Origin: Rhodocyclaceae bacterium
GTDB lineage: Bacteria > Pseudomonadota > Gammaproteobacteria > Burkholderiales > Rhodocyclaceae
Assembly: GCA_030682175.1 (NCBI GenBank)
Contig: JAUXOM010000031.1
Location: 1,112-65,111, forward strand
Direction of reading: 5' to 3'
Length of the DNA stretch: 64,000 nucleotides
Below are positions 29,396 to 40,170 of the stretch, in pieces. Below the pieces are notes generated by a model. The model did no database searches. It was not told the origin of the DNA and was given only the letters and a program-made list of their open reading frames with translations. Numbering within the stretch: the stretch's first letter is position 1; the number at the start of each line of letters is the position of its first letter. Both the position numbers and the translations under genes were made by a program.

Positions 29396-30295
29396 CTAAC
29401 GAAAGGCCAAATCCTCGCGCCGCAGCATGAACAGCTTGCCCTCACCGCTCGGGGTGTCGAGCCAGGTGAGCGGCAGTTCCGGGAAGGCGGCTTCGACGAT
29501 TTCCTTGTTGTGACCGACTTCCACGGCCAGCAGGCCGCCGGGCTTGAGGTGGCTTGCGGCAGCGGCCAGAATGCGCCGCACGATGTCGAGGCCGTCGGCG
29601 CCGGCGGCCAGTGCATTCTCGGGTTCGTGGCGGTATTCGGGCGGCAGATCGCGCATGGCCTGCGCGGTGACATAGGGCGGGTTGCTCAGGATGAAGTTGT
29701 AGCGGCGGCGGCCGAGCCCAGCGAACAGGTCGCCCTGTACCAGCTTGACGCGTTTTTGCAGCGCGTAATCGCTGACGTTGCGTTTGGCGACCGCCAGCGC
29801 TGCATCCGAAATATCGGCCGCATCGATTTTCGCGTTGGGGAAGGCATGCGCCATCAGGATGGCGAGGCAGCCCGAGCCGGTGCATAGATCGAGGGCACTG
29901 TCGATGCTGTAGGGATCTTCGATCCAGGGCGCGAAGCCGTCGACCAGCAGCTCGGCGAAATACGAGCGGGGAATCAGCACGCGCTCATCGACATAAAAGC
30001 GCAGGCCGGCCTGCCAGGCTTCGTGCGTCAGATAGGCGGCGGGGACGCGGCGGGCGATGCGCTGCTGCAGCAGTTCAAGTACCGCGCGGCGTTCCTGGCG
30101 CGCGAGGCGGGCATCCAGATACGGGTCGAGCTGGTCGGGCGGCAGGTGCAAGGCGGCAAGCACCAGCCAGGCCGCCTCGTCGTGGGCGTTGTCGCAGCCG
30201 TGGCCGAAAAACAGCTTGGCTTCATGGAAGCGGCTGGTGCCCCAGCGCAGCCAGTCGCGCACGGTGATGAGGTCGTCGAGCAGGGAATCGGTCAT
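29396..30295 (-). CDS. prmB: Ribosomal protein L3 glutamine methyltransferase
   Basis: VRDWLRW, VDERVLIPRS, LDLCTGSGCLAI, SNPPYV. Confidence 0.95.
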   Translation of the reverse strand: MTDSLLDDLITVRDWLRWGTSRFHEAKLFFGHGCDNAHDEAAWLVLAALHLPPDQLDPYLDARLARQERRAVLELLQQRIARRVPAAYLTHEAWQAGLRFYVDERVLIPRSYFAELLVDGFAPWIEDPYSIDSALDLCTGSGCLAILMAHAFPNAKIDAADISDAALAVAKRNVSDYALQKRVKLVQGDLFAGLGRRRYNFILSNPPYVTAQAMRDLPPEYRHEPENALAAGADGLDIVRRILAAAASHLKPGGLLAVEVGHNKEIVEAAFPELPLTWLDTPSGEGKLFMLRREDLAFR

Positions 30296-30299
30296 GGTC

Positions 30300-30323
30300 A
30301 AAGTCGGCGCTGGCGGAACGGCG
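30300..30323 (+). repeat. Core motif filling the dapE-prmB gap
   Basis: AAAGTCGGCGCTGGCGGAACGGCG occupies 24 of the 29 intergenic bases. Confidence 0.88.
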
Positions 30324-30324
30324 T

Positions 30325-31464
30325 TCAGCTCAGCAGTTTGCGGAAAGTGGCTGCGTAGATGCGCGTCAGCGGCTCGATGTCGGCCAGCGCGACGCATTCG
30401 TCGATCTTGTGGATGCTGGCATTGATCGGACCGAATTCGACGACTTCTTGGCAGATGTCGGCGATGAAGCGGCCGTCGGAGGTGCCGCCGGTGGTCGAGA
30501 GCTCGGGGGTGATGCCGGTTTCGGCCTGGATGGCGGCAGCGAGTGCCGTAACCAGGCGGCCGGGCGTGGTGAGGAAGGGCCGGCCGCCGAGCATCCAGGC
30601 GAGTTCGTATTCGAGCTGGTGACGGTCCAGAATCTCATGCACGCGATTTTGCAGACTCTCGGCAGTGCTGGCGGTGGAAAAGCGGAAGTTGAACAGCACC
30701 TCGAGCGTGCCCGGCACAACGTTGGTGGCGCCGGTGCCGGCGTGGATGTTCGAGATCTGGAAGCTGGTGGGCGGAAAGAATTCGTTGCCATCATCCCAGC
30801 GCGCCGCCGCGATTTCGGCCAGCGCGGGGGCCGCGAGATGGATGGGGTTCTTCACCTTTTCGGGGTAGGCAACGTGGCCCTGAATCCCCTTGACGACGAG
30901 CTTGCCGGATAGCGATCCGCGCCGGCCGTTCTTCATCATGTCGCCCTGCCGGCTGACCGAGGTGGGTTCGCCGACGATGCAGCAGTCGAGTGTCACGCCA
31001 CGCGCCTTGAGCGCCTCGACCACCTTGACGGTGCCGTCGGTGGCGTCGCCTTCCTCGTCCGAGGTGAGCAGGAAGGCCAGCGAGCCTTGCGGTTCCGGCA
31101 GGCTGGCGAGCAACTGTTCAGCGGCCACCACGGCTGCAGCCACCGAGGTTTTCATGTCGGCCGCGCCGCGGCCATAGAGCATGCCGTCGCGTTCGGTCGG
31201 CACGAAGGGCGCGCTCTGCCATTTGTCTTCCGGACCAGGTGGCACGACATCGATGTGGCCGGCGAAGACGACCAGCGGCTGCGCGGTGCCGCGCCGCGCC
31301 CACAGATTGCAGACGTGGCCGGTTGGACCGGTGCTGTCGATGCGTTCGCAGACAAAACCCAGCGGCGTCAGCCGGTCGGCGACAAGCTCAAGGCAGCCGG
31401 CATCTTCGGTGGTAATCGAACGGCGTTCGATGAGGGCTTTGGCCAATGCAAGTGTCGGCGTCAT
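30325..31464 (-). CDS. dapE: Succinyl-diaminopimelate desuccinylase
   Basis: [35 protein letters not shown]. Confidence 0.96.
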   Translation of the reverse strand: MTPTLALAKALIERRSITTEDAGCLELVADRLTPLGFVCERIDSTGPTGHVCNLWARRGTAQPLVVFAGHIDVVPPGPEDKWQSAPFVPTERDGMLYGRGAADMKTSVAAAVVAAEQLLASLPEPQGSLAFLLTSDEEGDATDGTVKVVEALKARGVTLDCCIVGEPTSVSRQGDMMKNGRRGSLSGKLVVKGIQGHVAYPEKVKNPIHLAAPALAEIAAARWDDGNEFFPPTSFQISNIHAGTGATNVVPGTLEVLFNFRFSTASTAESLQNRVHEILDRHQLEYELAWMLGGRPFLTTPGRLVTALAAAIQAETGITPELSTTGGTSDGRFIADICQEVVEFGPINASIHKIDECVALADIEPLTRIYAATFRKLLS

Positions 31465-32634
31465 TCAGTCGAGCTTCATGGTGAATTTTGAGAAGGTCGC
31501 GCCGCTTTCCGAGGTGCTGGATTCGGCATTGGTGGGTGCCGTCTCGAACGGCCGGTCCCCCGGTTTTCTGTCAGCCATGGCGTTGTTGATCAGCCAGTGC
31601 AGGTTGTTGGCCGAATCGGCGTTGCCGAGCGCCTCTTCCAGTGTGATGGTGCCGGACTTGAACAGCGCATGCAGCGATTGTTCGAAGGTGATTGCTCCAG
31701 GCGAGAGGCTTTGTTCCATCGCTTCCTTGATGCCGCTAAGGTCGCCTTTTTCGATAAGTTCGCTGACATAGCGCGAATTGAGCATCACCTCGGCGGCGGG
31801 GGTGCGTGTGCCATCGGGTTTTTTAACCAGGCGCTGGGAAACGATGCACTTCAGTGTGACTGCGAGGTCGGCCAGCAGCGCGGGACGATTTTCCAGCGGG
31901 TAAAAGCTGATGATGCGGCTCATCGAGTGATAGCTGTTGTTGGCGTGCAGCGTGGCGAGGCAGAGATGGCCGGTCTGCGCGTAGGCGATGGCCTGGGTCA
32001 TCGTTTCCTTGTCGCGGATTTCACCGATGAAGATGCAGTCCGGAGCCTGACGCATCGCATTCTTTAGCGCGAGCTGGAAGTCGCGCGTATCAGAACCGAT
32101 TTCACGTTGATTGACGATGGACTTCTTGTTCTTGAAAACGAATTCGATCGGCTCTTCGAGCGTCAGGATGTGGCCGGACTTTTGTTCGTTGCGGTGGTCG
32201 AGCATGGCGGTGAGCGTGGTCGTCTTGCCCGAACCCGTAGCGCCGACCATCAACACCAGGCCGCGCTTCTCCATGATGATGTCGGCCAGCACCGGCGGCA
32301 GGTTGAGATCTGCCAGCCGGGGGATTTCCGTCGGGATGTAGCGCACGACGAATGCCGGTGTGCCTTTCTGGCGCATCACCGAAAGACGAAAATTGCCGAT
32401 GCCTTCCTGCGCATAGCCGGAATTGAGTTCAAGCGTTTCCGCGAACTCGCGCAGCTGATGCTCGCTGAGAATTTCCTGCAGCAGGCCCATGATGGTCGTC
32501 GCATCCATGATCTGCTGGTTGATCGGCATCGAAACGCCGTTGATCTTGATGTTGATGGGCGCGTCTACTGAAACAAAGATGTCCGACGCCTTCTTGTCGG
32601 CCATCAACTGGAAGAGTCGTTGCATTGCACCCAT
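31465..32634 (-). CDS. pilU: PilT/PilU family type IV pilus ATPase
   Basis: ASDIF, GATGSGKTT, EEPIEF, AMRQAPD, GEIRD, TLHANN. Confidence 0.85.
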   Translation of the reverse strand: MGAMQRLFQLMADKKASDIFVSVDAPINIKINGVSMPINQQIMDATTIMGLLQEILSEHQLREFAETLELNSGYAQEGIGNFRLSVMRQKGTPAFVVRYIPTEIPRLADLNLPPVLADIIMEKRGLVLMVGATGSGKTTTLTAMLDHRNEQKSGHILTLEEPIEFVFKNKKSIVNQREIGSDTRDFQLALKNAMRQAPDCIFIGEIRDKETMTQAIAYAQTGHLCLATLHANNSYHSMSRIISFYPLENRPALLADLAVTLKCIVSQRLVKKPDGTRTPAAEVMLNSRYVSELIEKGDLSGIKEAMEQSLSPGAITFEQSLHALFKSGTITLEEALGNADSANNLHWLINNAMADRKPGDRPFETAPTNAESSTSESGATFSKFTMKLD

Positions 32635-32653
32635 AATGATTATGCCTCCTGGC

Positions 32654-32819
32654 CGTCAACAGTCACATCGGAGTCCTGGCGCCGTGCCGCCCCAAGCCGG
32701 GGCGTCACGCGCTGCAGGCGCAACCCGCGCGTATGCTCGCCCAGCGCACCCCGTAACCGACGCGCGCAGCGAGCCACAGTCACCCCCTTCCGCGGGAAGG
32801 GGGATGGGGGGAAGGGGGC
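32654..32819 (-). repeat. Structured intergenic element, copy E
   Basis: Reverse complement has GGGGTGACTGTGGCTCGCTGCGCGCG...TTACGGGG and CTTGGGGCGGCACGGCG. Confidence 0.8.
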
Positions 32820-32821
32820 CA

Positions 32822-33640
32822 TCAATCGCGCAGCAGTTCGTTGATGCTGGTCTTGGAGCGGGTCTGGGCATCGACCTTCTTGACGATCACCGCACAGTAG
32901 AGGCTGTACTTGCCATCCTTCGACGGCAGGCTGCCGCTGACGACGACGGAGCCTTCCGGGACGCGACCGTAGATCACTTCGCCGCTGGCGCGGTCGTAGA
33001 TCTTGGTGCTCTGGCCGATGAACACGCCCATCGAGATGACGCAGTTGTCCTCGACGATGACGCCTTCGACGACCTCGGAGCGCGCGCCGATGAAGCAGTT
33101 GTCGCCGATGATGGTCGGATTGGCCTGCAAGGGTTCGAGCACGCCGCCGATGCCGACGCCGCCGCTCAAATGCACGTGCTTGCCGATCTGTGCGCAAGAG
33201 CCGACGGTGACCCAGGTATCGACCATCGTGCCTTCGCCGACATAGGCGCCGATGTTCACGAAGCTGGGCAACAGTACCGCGTTGTTGCCGATGAAGGAAC
33301 CGCGCCGCACCACGGCGCCGGGGACGACGCGATAACCGCCTTTCTGGAAGTCATGTGCATCGAAATTGGCGAACTTGGTCGGCACCTTGTCGAAATAGCG
33401 CATGGCGCCACCATCCATCAGCACGTTGTCTTCCAGGCGGAAGGACAGCAGCACGGCCTTCTTGATCCACTGGTGGGTTACCCACTGCCCATCGATTTTC
33501 TCGGCGACGCGCAGGGTGCCCTTGTCGAGTTCGGCAAGGACGTGCTCGACCGCCTCGCCGACGCGGGCGGGTGCGGCGCCGGGTTTCAGGTTGGCGCGGT
33601 CTTCCCAGGCCTGCTCGATGAGTATTTGCAATTCGGACAT
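32822..33640 (-). CDS. dapD: Tetrahydrodipicolinate N-succinyltransferase
   Basis: [36 protein letters not shown]. Confidence 0.97.
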   Translation of the reverse strand: MSELQILIEQAWEDRANLKPGAAPARVGEAVEHVLAELDKGTLRVAEKIDGQWVTHQWIKKAVLLSFRLEDNVLMDGGAMRYFDKVPTKFANFDAHDFQKGGYRVVPGAVVRRGSFIGNNAVLLPSFVNIGAYVGEGTMVDTWVTVGSCAQIGKHVHLSGGVGIGGVLEPLQANPTIIGDNCFIGARSEVVEGVIVEDNCVISMGVFIGQSTKIYDRASGEVIYGRVPEGSVVVSGSLPSKDGKYSLYCAVIVKKVDAQTRSKTSINELLRD

Positions 33641-33671
33641 GACGGTTTCCCCTTGATTGTTTTAAGTTGGG

Positions 33672-34874
33672 TTAAAGCGACTGGCAGAAGGCATCAATGC
33701 GCCGTGCTGCAGCACGGCATTCTTCAACGCCGGCGACGAGTGCGATACGGATGAAGTTGCTGCCGGGATTCGAACCCGCCGCATCGCGCGCCAGGTAGCT
33801 GCCGGGCAGGACGGTTACATTATATTGGCGGCGTAGTTCGCGGGCGAATGCGGTGTCGGAAAGTCCGGTCGTCGCGACCGAGGCCCACAGGTAAAACCCG
33901 GCATCGGGTAGTGCGGTTGGCAGGTGCTGCGCAATGATTGGCGTGACCTGGCGGAACTTTTCGACATACAGGCTGCGGTTATCGCGTACATGCACCTCAT
34001 CGCGCCAGGCCGCCGCACTGGCCGCCTGGATCGGCGGGCTCATGGCGCAGCCCTGATAGGTGCGATAGAGCCAGAATTTCCTGAGAATGGCCGCGTCGCC
34101 GGCGACAAAGCCGGAGCGCATGCCCGGCACATTCGAGCGCTTCGACAGGCTGGAAAACATCAGCAAATTGCGGTAATCGGTGCGCCCCAACTGGTGCGCG
34201 GCCTGCAGGCCGCCCAGCGGCGGATTCTTCTCGTCGAAATAAATCTCGGAATAGCATTCGTCGGCGGCAATGACGAAGTTGTAGCGATCGGACAAGTCGA
34301 ACAGGGTCTGCCACTCGTCGCGCGTCATCACCTTGCCGGTCGGGTTGCCGGGCGAGCAGACATAGACCAGCTGACAGTGCTGCCAGATTTCTTCCGGCAC
34401 GCGCGCCCAGTCCATGCGGAAACCATTTTCCGGCGTGGTGTTCATGAAGAACGGCCGGGCCCCGGCCAGCAGTGCTGCTCCTTCGTAGATTTGATAGAAC
34501 GGATTGGGCGAGATAACGACCGGTTTTGTGTGTTTGGCTTCGATCACCGTCTGGGCGATGGCAAACAGCGCCTCGCGCGAGCCGGTCACCGGCAGGATCT
34601 GCGTTGCGCTGTCCGGTGCGGGAATCATGAAGCGCCGGCCGATCCAGTCGGCAATCGATTGACGCAGCTCGTCGGAGCCGTTGGTGGTCGGATAGTTGGC
34701 GAGGCCCCCGAAATTGGCCGCGAGCGCATCCTTGATGAATTGCGGCGTGGGATGCTGCGGCTCGCCGATATGCAGCTTGATTTCCTGCAATCCGTCGGGT
34801 GGCGTGCTGTCGGCGAACAGTTCGCGCAGCCGCTCGAAAGGATAGGGCTGCAGTTTGTCGAGGTTGGGGTTCAT
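33672..34874 (-). CDS. dapC: Succinyldiaminopimelate transaminase
   Basis: LQPYPFE, PNPFYQIYEGA, SLSKRSNVPGMRSG. Confidence 0.93.
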   Translation of the reverse strand: MNPNLDKLQPYPFERLRELFADSTPPDGLQEIKLHIGEPQHPTPQFIKDALAANFGGLANYPTTNGSDELRQSIADWIGRRFMIPAPDSATQILPVTGSREALFAIAQTVIEAKHTKPVVISPNPFYQIYEGAALLAGARPFFMNTTPENGFRMDWARVPEEIWQHCQLVYVCSPGNPTGKVMTRDEWQTLFDLSDRYNFVIAADECYSEIYFDEKNPPLGGLQAAHQLGRTDYRNLLMFSSLSKRSNVPGMRSGFVAGDAAILRKFWLYRTYQGCAMSPPIQAASAAAWRDEVHVRDNRSLYVEKFRQVTPIIAQHLPTALPDAGFYLWASVATTGLSDTAFARELRRQYNVTVLPGSYLARDAAGSNPGSNFIRIALVAGVEECRAAARRIDAFCQSL

Positions 34875-34886
34875 GGCAGGAAAAGA

Positions 34887-35306
34887 TCAGCCGCGGGTGT
34901 TCGATTGGGACGGGAAGCTGGCGAGGTCGACCGGCGCTAGCGGTTTCCAGCCCTTCTTGCGGTGCTCGGCAACGACATTGGTGAAAATGCCGCCGCGCAC
35001 AAAAAAACGCGCGGTCAGGCGCATGAACCGAGGCTTCAGCGTCCTGGCCAGATCGTCAAGGATGCGGTTGGTGACATCCTCGTGAAAATGCCCTTCGTCA
35101 CGGAAGCTCCAGATGTAGAGCTTCAGGCTCTTCAGCTCGACGCAAAGCTTGTCCGGCACATAGTCGAGTGTCAGCACCGCAAAATCCGGCTGGCCGGTTT
35201 TCGGGCACAGGCAGGTGAATTCCGGGATTTCCATGTGGATCTGGTAATCTCGTTGCGGAGCCGGATTGGTGAAGGTGTCGAGGGTTTTGACAGGTGCGCT
35301 GGACAT
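34887..35306 (-). CDS. queF: preQ0 reductase QueF (short type)
   Basis: [31 protein letters not shown]. Confidence 0.95.
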   Translation of the reverse strand: MSSAPVKTLDTFTNPAPQRDYQIHMEIPEFTCLCPKTGQPDFAVLTLDYVPDKLCVELKSLKLYIWSFRDEGHFHEDVTNRILDDLARTLKPRFMRLTARFFVRGGIFTNVVAEHRKKGWKPLAPVDLASFPSQSNTRG

Positions 35307-35408
35307 GGCGAATCGGGCAAGAGTTAAGGTCGGCGATTATAAGTCGCCGTCCCCGATGTTAGGCGGTGTGTCGGCTGCGCAGTCCGATGTGACGCGGCGC
35401 GCCGGCTG

Positions 35409-35475
35409 CGCCGTACCCCATGTGGGGCATTTCATACCCGCTGCGGGGCACTTTGTCCCGCCAGCGCCGACTTTT
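35409..35475 (-). repeat. Core motif with two tandem 21-nt inserts
   Basis: Reverse complement AAAAGTCGGCGCTGGCGGGA[CAAAGTGCCCCGCAGCGGGTA][TGAAATGCCCCACATGGGGTA]CGGCG. Confidence 0.85.
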
Positions 35476-35498
35476 AACGTGAAACACAATTCAACCAC

Positions 35499-35600
35499 CG
35501 TCATTCCCGCGAAGGCGGGAATCATAGTCCATCAGTCTGACCGCCACAGTATGGATTCCCGTCCCCGATAAAAGCATTCGGGGATGACGCACGGGAAAGA
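35499..35600 (+). repeat. REP doublet of ATTCCC-N8-GGGAAT type with a 24-nt insertion
   Basis: CGTCATTCCCGCGAAGGCGGGAATC...GGATTCCCGT[CCCCGATAAAAGCATTCGGGATGA]CGCACGGGAA. Confidence 0.7.
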
Positions 35601-35652
35601 CAGATTTCATCATCAGGGGTGGTGTCTGCCGCCATGAAAGTTAGGTGTGTAG

Positions 35653-36105
35653 TCAGGGCTGGGCTCGTCTGGCCAGCAATCCGTCGAGCCGGTTCGCAAA
35701 TGCCTGCCGGTCGGCGGCTGAGAAAGCGGCGGGGCCACCGGTTTCGACACCGCCGCTGCGCAAACCATCCATGAAGTTGCGCAGCGTCAGCCGTTCCTGA
35801 ATGTTGCTTGCATCGAGCAGGTCGCCACGCGGATCGAGCACCAGGGCGCCCTTGGCGACCACCTGCGCGGCGAGCGGGATGTCGGCAGAGATCACCAGAT
35901 CGCCGGCTACCACTTCCTGCACAATGCGCTGGTCGGCGACGTCGAACCCGGACTGCACCTGCAAGGCGCGGATCCACGGCGAAGGCGGCACCCGCAGCAT
36001 CTGGTTGGCGATCAGCGTCAATGGCAGCTGCGCCCGGTTCGCGGCGCGGTAAAGAATGTCTTTGATGGCTGCCGGACAGGCATCGGCATCGACCCAGATT
36101 TTCAC
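35653..36105 (-). CDS. YaiI/YqxD family protein
   Basis: [25 protein letters not shown]. Confidence 0.92.
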   Translation of the reverse strand: MKIWVDADACPAAIKDILYRAANRAQLPLTLIANQMLRVPPSPWIRALQVQSGFDVADQRIVQEVVAGDLVISADIPLAAQVVAKGALVLDPRGDLLDASNIQERLTLRNFMDGLRSGGVETGGPAAFSAADRQAFANRLDGLLARRAQP

Positions 36106-37028
36106 GGCAGGGGTACGGCCTCGATCAATGCCTGGGCAATTTCAGTGGCACTGCGGGTATCTCCGGCGGTCGGCAGGCGATGCACGGCGACTGCGGGTAA
36201 TACCGCCTGGACGTCTTCCGGCAGGACATGGTTGCGCTCATCGAGTAGCGCCCAGGCGCGGGCAGCGGCGATCAGGCCGAGGCCGGCGCGCGGCGATAGA
36301 CCGGTCTTCCATTCCGGCGCGTTGCGCGTGTGGGCGACCAGGGCCTGCACATAATCAAAGAGCGGCGCCGTCACGCGCACCGTGGCGGCGCGGGCCTGCT
36401 CGGCCAGCAGGATTTCTGGCGATAGCAGCGGCGGGGTTTCGGCCAGCAGGCTGCGGCGGTCGCGTCCTTCCAGCAGGGCGCGTTCGGCAGCGTGGTCGGG
36501 ATAACCCAGTTCAATCCGCATCAGAAAACGGTCGAGCTGTGATTCAGGCAGGGGAAATGTGCCAATCTGGTGCGAGGGGTTTTGTGTGGCGATCACGAAA
36601 AATGGTTGCGGCAAGTACCGGGTTGCCCCTTCGACCGTCACCTGGCGCTCTTCCATTGCCTCAAGGAGGGCGCTTTGCGCCTTGGGAGTGGCGCGATTGA
36701 TCTCGTCCGCCAGCACGACCTGGGTGAAGATGGGGCCGGGATGAAAGCGGAAGGCTCCGGATTCGCGGTCGAATACCGAGATGCCGAGCACGTCGGCCGG
36801 CAGCATGTCGCTGGTGAACTGGATGCGCTGGAAATCGAGCCCGAGCAGACGGGCCAGCGTGTGCGCCAGCGTGGTCTTGCCAACCCCCGGCAGATCTTCA
36901 ATCAGCAGATGACCGCGCGCCAGCAGACAGGACAGCGCCAGGCGCAACTGATGCTCCTTGCCGAGGATGATGGTGGACGCGGCAAGCAGCGCGGCTGAGA
37001 GGGCGGTGGCGTTGGCTGTTGTGGTCAT
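36102..37028 (-). CDS. MoxR family AAA+ ATPase
   Basis: [32 protein letters not shown]. Confidence 0.93.
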   Translation of the reverse strand: MTTTANATALSAALLAASTIILGKEHQLRLALSCLLARGHLLIEDLPGVGKTTLAHTLARLLGLDFQRIQFTSDMLPADVLGISVFDRESGAFRFHPGPIFTQVVLADEINRATPKAQSALLEAMEERQVTVEGATRYLPQPFFVIATQNPSHQIGTFPLPESQLDRFLMRIELGYPDHAAERALLEGRDRRSLLAETPPLLSPEILLAEQARAATVRVTAPLFDYVQALVAHTRNAPEWKTGLSPRAGLGLIAAARAWALLDERNHVLPEDVQAVLPAVAVHRLPTAGDTRSATEIAQALIEAVPLP

Positions 37029-37106
37029 GAGAAAAAATTTCTCGAACAGGTCATAATGTTGCTTTCTGCCATTGTATGCGAAGCCCCATAATCATTTCGT
37101 GACGCC

Positions 37107-38030
37107 ATGACTGTTGCTTTCATCACCCACCGCGATTGCCTGCTGCATGACATGGGGGCACATCACCCCGAGTGTCCGGACCGGCTGAGTGCCATCCATG
37201 ATCGTTTGATCGCCGCCGGCCTGGATATCTACCTGTCCTATCACGACGCGCCGCAGGCCGACGCCGAGCAACTGCTGCGCGTGCATCCGCAAAGTTATCT
37301 CGACTATCTCCAGGCCAACCTTCCCGAGCATGGCATCCGCCACCTCGATCCCGACACGGCGATGAACCCGGGGACGCTGCAGGCGGCCCTGCGGGCCGCT
37401 GGCGCCGGGGTACTGGCCACCGACCTGGTGATGCGCAAGGAAGCCCCCAGTGCCTTCTGTGCGGTACGGCCGCCCGGCCACCACGCCGAGCGTGCCAAGT
37501 CGATGGGTTTCTGTTTCTTCAACAACATTGCCGTTGCCGCGCGCCACGGCGTCACGGCCTGGGGTTTGCAGCGCGTGGCGATTGTCGACTTCGACGTTCA
37601 TCATGGCAATGGCACCGAAGAAATCTTCTCCAACGACGAACGCATCCTGATGGTCGGGGCATTCCAGCATCCGTTCTATCCTTACTGCGGTACCGAAACT
37701 CCGGCGCCGAATATGTGCAATGTGCCGCTGCCGGCCCGCACCCGGGGCGACCGTTTCCGCGAGGTGGTCACGGACATCTGGCTGCCGCGCCTGCGCGAAT
37801 TTGCTCCCGAGATGATTTACATTTCCGCTGGATTCGATGCCCACTACGAAGACGACATGGCTTCGCTGGGGCTGCTCGAATCCGACTACGCCTGGGTGAC
37901 CGAGCAGTTGGTGCAGGTGGCGAAGGAAACCGCCCAGGGCCGTATCGTGTCGATGCTCGAGGGCGGTTATGCCCTGTCGGCCTTGGCCCGCAGCGTGGCG
38001 GCCCACATCAAGGCGATGGCCGAACTGTAA
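37107..38030 (+). CDS. Histone deacetylase family protein
   Basis: HPECPDRL, RPPGHHA, DFDVHHGNGT, SAGFDAH, EGGY. Confidence 0.93.
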   Translation: MTVAFITHRDCLLHDMGAHHPECPDRLSAIHDRLIAAGLDIYLSYHDAPQADAEQLLRVHPQSYLDYLQANLPEHGIRHLDPDTAMNPGTLQAALRAAGAGVLATDLVMRKEAPSAFCAVRPPGHHAERAKSMGFCFFNNIAVAARHGVTAWGLQRVAIVDFDVHHGNGTEEIFSNDERILMVGAFQHPFYPYCGTETPAPNMCNVPLPARTRGDRFREVVTDIWLPRLREFAPEMIYISAGFDAHYEDDMASLGLLESDYAWVTEQLVQVAKETAQGRIVSMLEGGYALSALARSVAAHIKAMAEL

Positions 38031-38096
38031 TTATTGTTGTTATCTCCGCCGGTCAGCCATGACGGGCATATCCGGTAAAATCAAAACTTCTCCAAA

Positions 38097-38987
38097 ATGA
38101 GCTTACCCATGATCCAAGGTTCCATTCCTGCCATCGTCACTCCCATGAATGTGGATGGCTCGCTCGACCTGCCCGCGCTGCGTCGTCTGCTTGACTGGCA
38201 CATCGCCGAAGGCACCGATGCGGTGGTTGTCGTCGGCACGACCGGCGAGTCGCCCACCGTCGATATGGACGAACACTGCGAACTGATTCGCGTAACCGTC
38301 GAACACGTCGCCGGCCGCATCCCGGTGATTGCCGGTACCGGCGCCAACTCGACCAGCGAGGCGATTGACCTAGCCCGCTGCGCCAAGGCCGCGGGCGCCA
38401 ACGCCCATCTGTCGGTGGTGCCCTATTACAACAAGCCGACGCAGGAAGGGCTGTATCTGCACTTCAAGACCATCGCCGAGGCGGTTGACCTGCCGATGAT
38501 CCTCTACAACGTACCGGGACGCACGGTGGCCGATCTGGCCAACGACACGACCCTGCGGTTGGCCCAGGTGCCCGGTATCGTCGGCATCAAGGACGCCACC
38601 GGCAATCTCGAACGCGCTGCCGACCTCATCAAGCGCGCGCCTCCCGGGTTTGCCATTTACAGCGGTGACGACCCCACCGGTTTGGCCATGGTGCTGCTGG
38701 GTGGGCATGGTGTGATTTCCGTGACGGCCAACGTGGCGCCCAAGCTGATGCATGCCATGGTGGCCTTCGGCCTCGCCTGTGACGTCAAGGCCGCGCGCGA
38801 GATCAATGCCCGCCTGATCGGTCTGCACAAGCAGTTGTTCTGCGAGGCCAATCCGATTCCCGTCAAATGGGCTTGCGCCAGCATGGGCCTGATCCAGAAC
38901 ACCTTGCGCTTACCTCTCACCCAACTCTCCGCCGACTGTCACGAGCGCGTGCGTTCCGCCATGCGCGATGCCGGCGTCTCTGCCTGA
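38097..38987 (+). CDS. dapA: 4-hydroxy-tetrahydrodipicolinate synthase
   Basis: [28 protein letters not shown]. Confidence 0.97.
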   Translation: MSLPMIQGSIPAIVTPMNVDGSLDLPALRRLLDWHIAEGTDAVVVVGTTGESPTVDMDEHCELIRVTVEHVAGRIPVIAGTGANSTSEAIDLARCAKAAGANAHLSVVPYYNKPTQEGLYLHFKTIAEAVDLPMILYNVPGRTVADLANDTTLRLAQVPGIVGIKDATGNLERAADLIKRAPPGFAIYSGDDPTGLAMVLLGGHGVISVTANVAPKLMHAMVAFGLACDVKAAREINARLIGLHKQLFCEANPIPVKWACASMGLIQNTLRLPLTQLSADCHERVRSAMRDAGVSA

Positions 38988-39002
38988 ATCCAAACCGAAT
39001 CC

Positions 39003-40163
39003 ATGAAAATCATATCCGCCATCCTGCGTACCACGCCCTTGCTGGCTGCCAGCCTGCTGGTATTGACTGCCTGCAGCGGCAACATCCTGCCCGAGTCGAA
39101 AAAAATCGAATACAAGTCCGCGGGCAATCAGCGCCTGCCGTCGCTCGAGGTGCCACCCGACCTGACCCAGCCGTCGCGCGACGAGCGCTATGCCGTGCCG
39201 GACGTCACCCCGAAGGGCAGCGCCACTTACTCGGCTTACGCCGGCGAGCGGAGCGCTGCAACCACCGCATCATCCAGTCCCGTCGTCTTGCCCAGTGTCG
39301 ACAAGATGCGCATCGAACGTGCCGGTTCCCAGCGCTGGCTGGTGGTGTCCGGAACCCCCGATAACCTGTGGCCTTCGATCAAGGAGTTCTGGCAGGAAGC
39401 CGGCTTCATCGTCAACATCGAGCTGCCCGAGGCTGGCGTGCTGGAAACCGACTGGGCCGAGAACCGGGCGAAAATACCGCAGGACATCATCCGCTCGACC
39501 CTCGGCAAGGTGATCGATGGTTTGTATTCGACCGCGGAGCGCGACAAATTCCGCACCCGCCTCGAAAAGGGCGCCGAAACCGGTACCACCGAAATTTATA
39601 TCAGCCACCGCGGCATGTATGAGGTGTATGTCACCGAAGGCAAGGACCAGACCCGCTGGCAGCCGCGTCCCGCTGATCCAGACCTCGAGGCCGAGATGCT
39701 GCGGCGCCTGATGGTGCGTCTGGGTGCCGATGAAACACGTGCCAAAACGCAGATGGCCGCCGAACCGAAGCAGGAGCGTGCCAAGCTGACCCGTGCTGCC
39801 GATGGCGCGGGTACCTTGACCGTGCAGGAACCTTTCGACCGTGCCTGGCGGCGCGTCGGCCTGGCGCTTGACCGCGTCGGCTTTACCGTCGAAGACCGCG
39901 ACCGCACGCAGGGGCTGTATTTCGTCCGTTACGTCGACCCGGAAGCCGACCTGCGCAAGAAGGATGGCGACAAGGGCTGGCTGTCGAAGCTGGCCTTCTG
40001 GAAGAGCAACAAGATCGATGTCGATCCGAAGGCGCAATATCGCATCCAGGTTGTCAGCGCCGGCAGCGACAGCAATGTGCGCATCATGACCCGCGAAGGC
40101 GGCGTCGACACATCGGAAACCGCGCGGAAAATCCTCGGGCTGCTGTTTGAACAGTTGAAGTGA
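39003..40163 (+). CDS. bamC: Outer membrane assembly lipoprotein BamC
   Basis: Lipobox LTAC, LEVPPDL, ETDWAENRA; follows dapA. Confidence 0.9.
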   Translation: MKIISAILRTTPLLAASLLVLTACSGNILPESKKIEYKSAGNQRLPSLEVPPDLTQPSRDERYAVPDVTPKGSATYSAYAGERSAATTASSSPVVLPSVDKMRIERAGSQRWLVVSGTPDNLWPSIKEFWQEAGFIVNIELPEAGVLETDWAENRAKIPQDIIRSTLGKVIDGLYSTAERDKFRTRLEKGAETGTTEIYISHRGMYEVYVTEGKDQTRWQPRPADPDLEAEMLRRLMVRLGADETRAKTQMAAEPKQERAKLTRAADGAGTLTVQEPFDRAWRRVGLALDRVGFTVEDRDRTQGLYFVRYVDPEADLRKKDGDKGWLSKLAFWKSNKIDVDPKAQYRIQVVSAGSDSNVRIMTREGGVDTSETARKILGLLFEQLK

Positions 40164-40170
40164 TGCCGGG

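Noticed and set aside
31465-32634. pilU inside the dap operon as a novelty
   Set aside because: I recall this arrangement from other Betaproteobacteria; not treated as unusual
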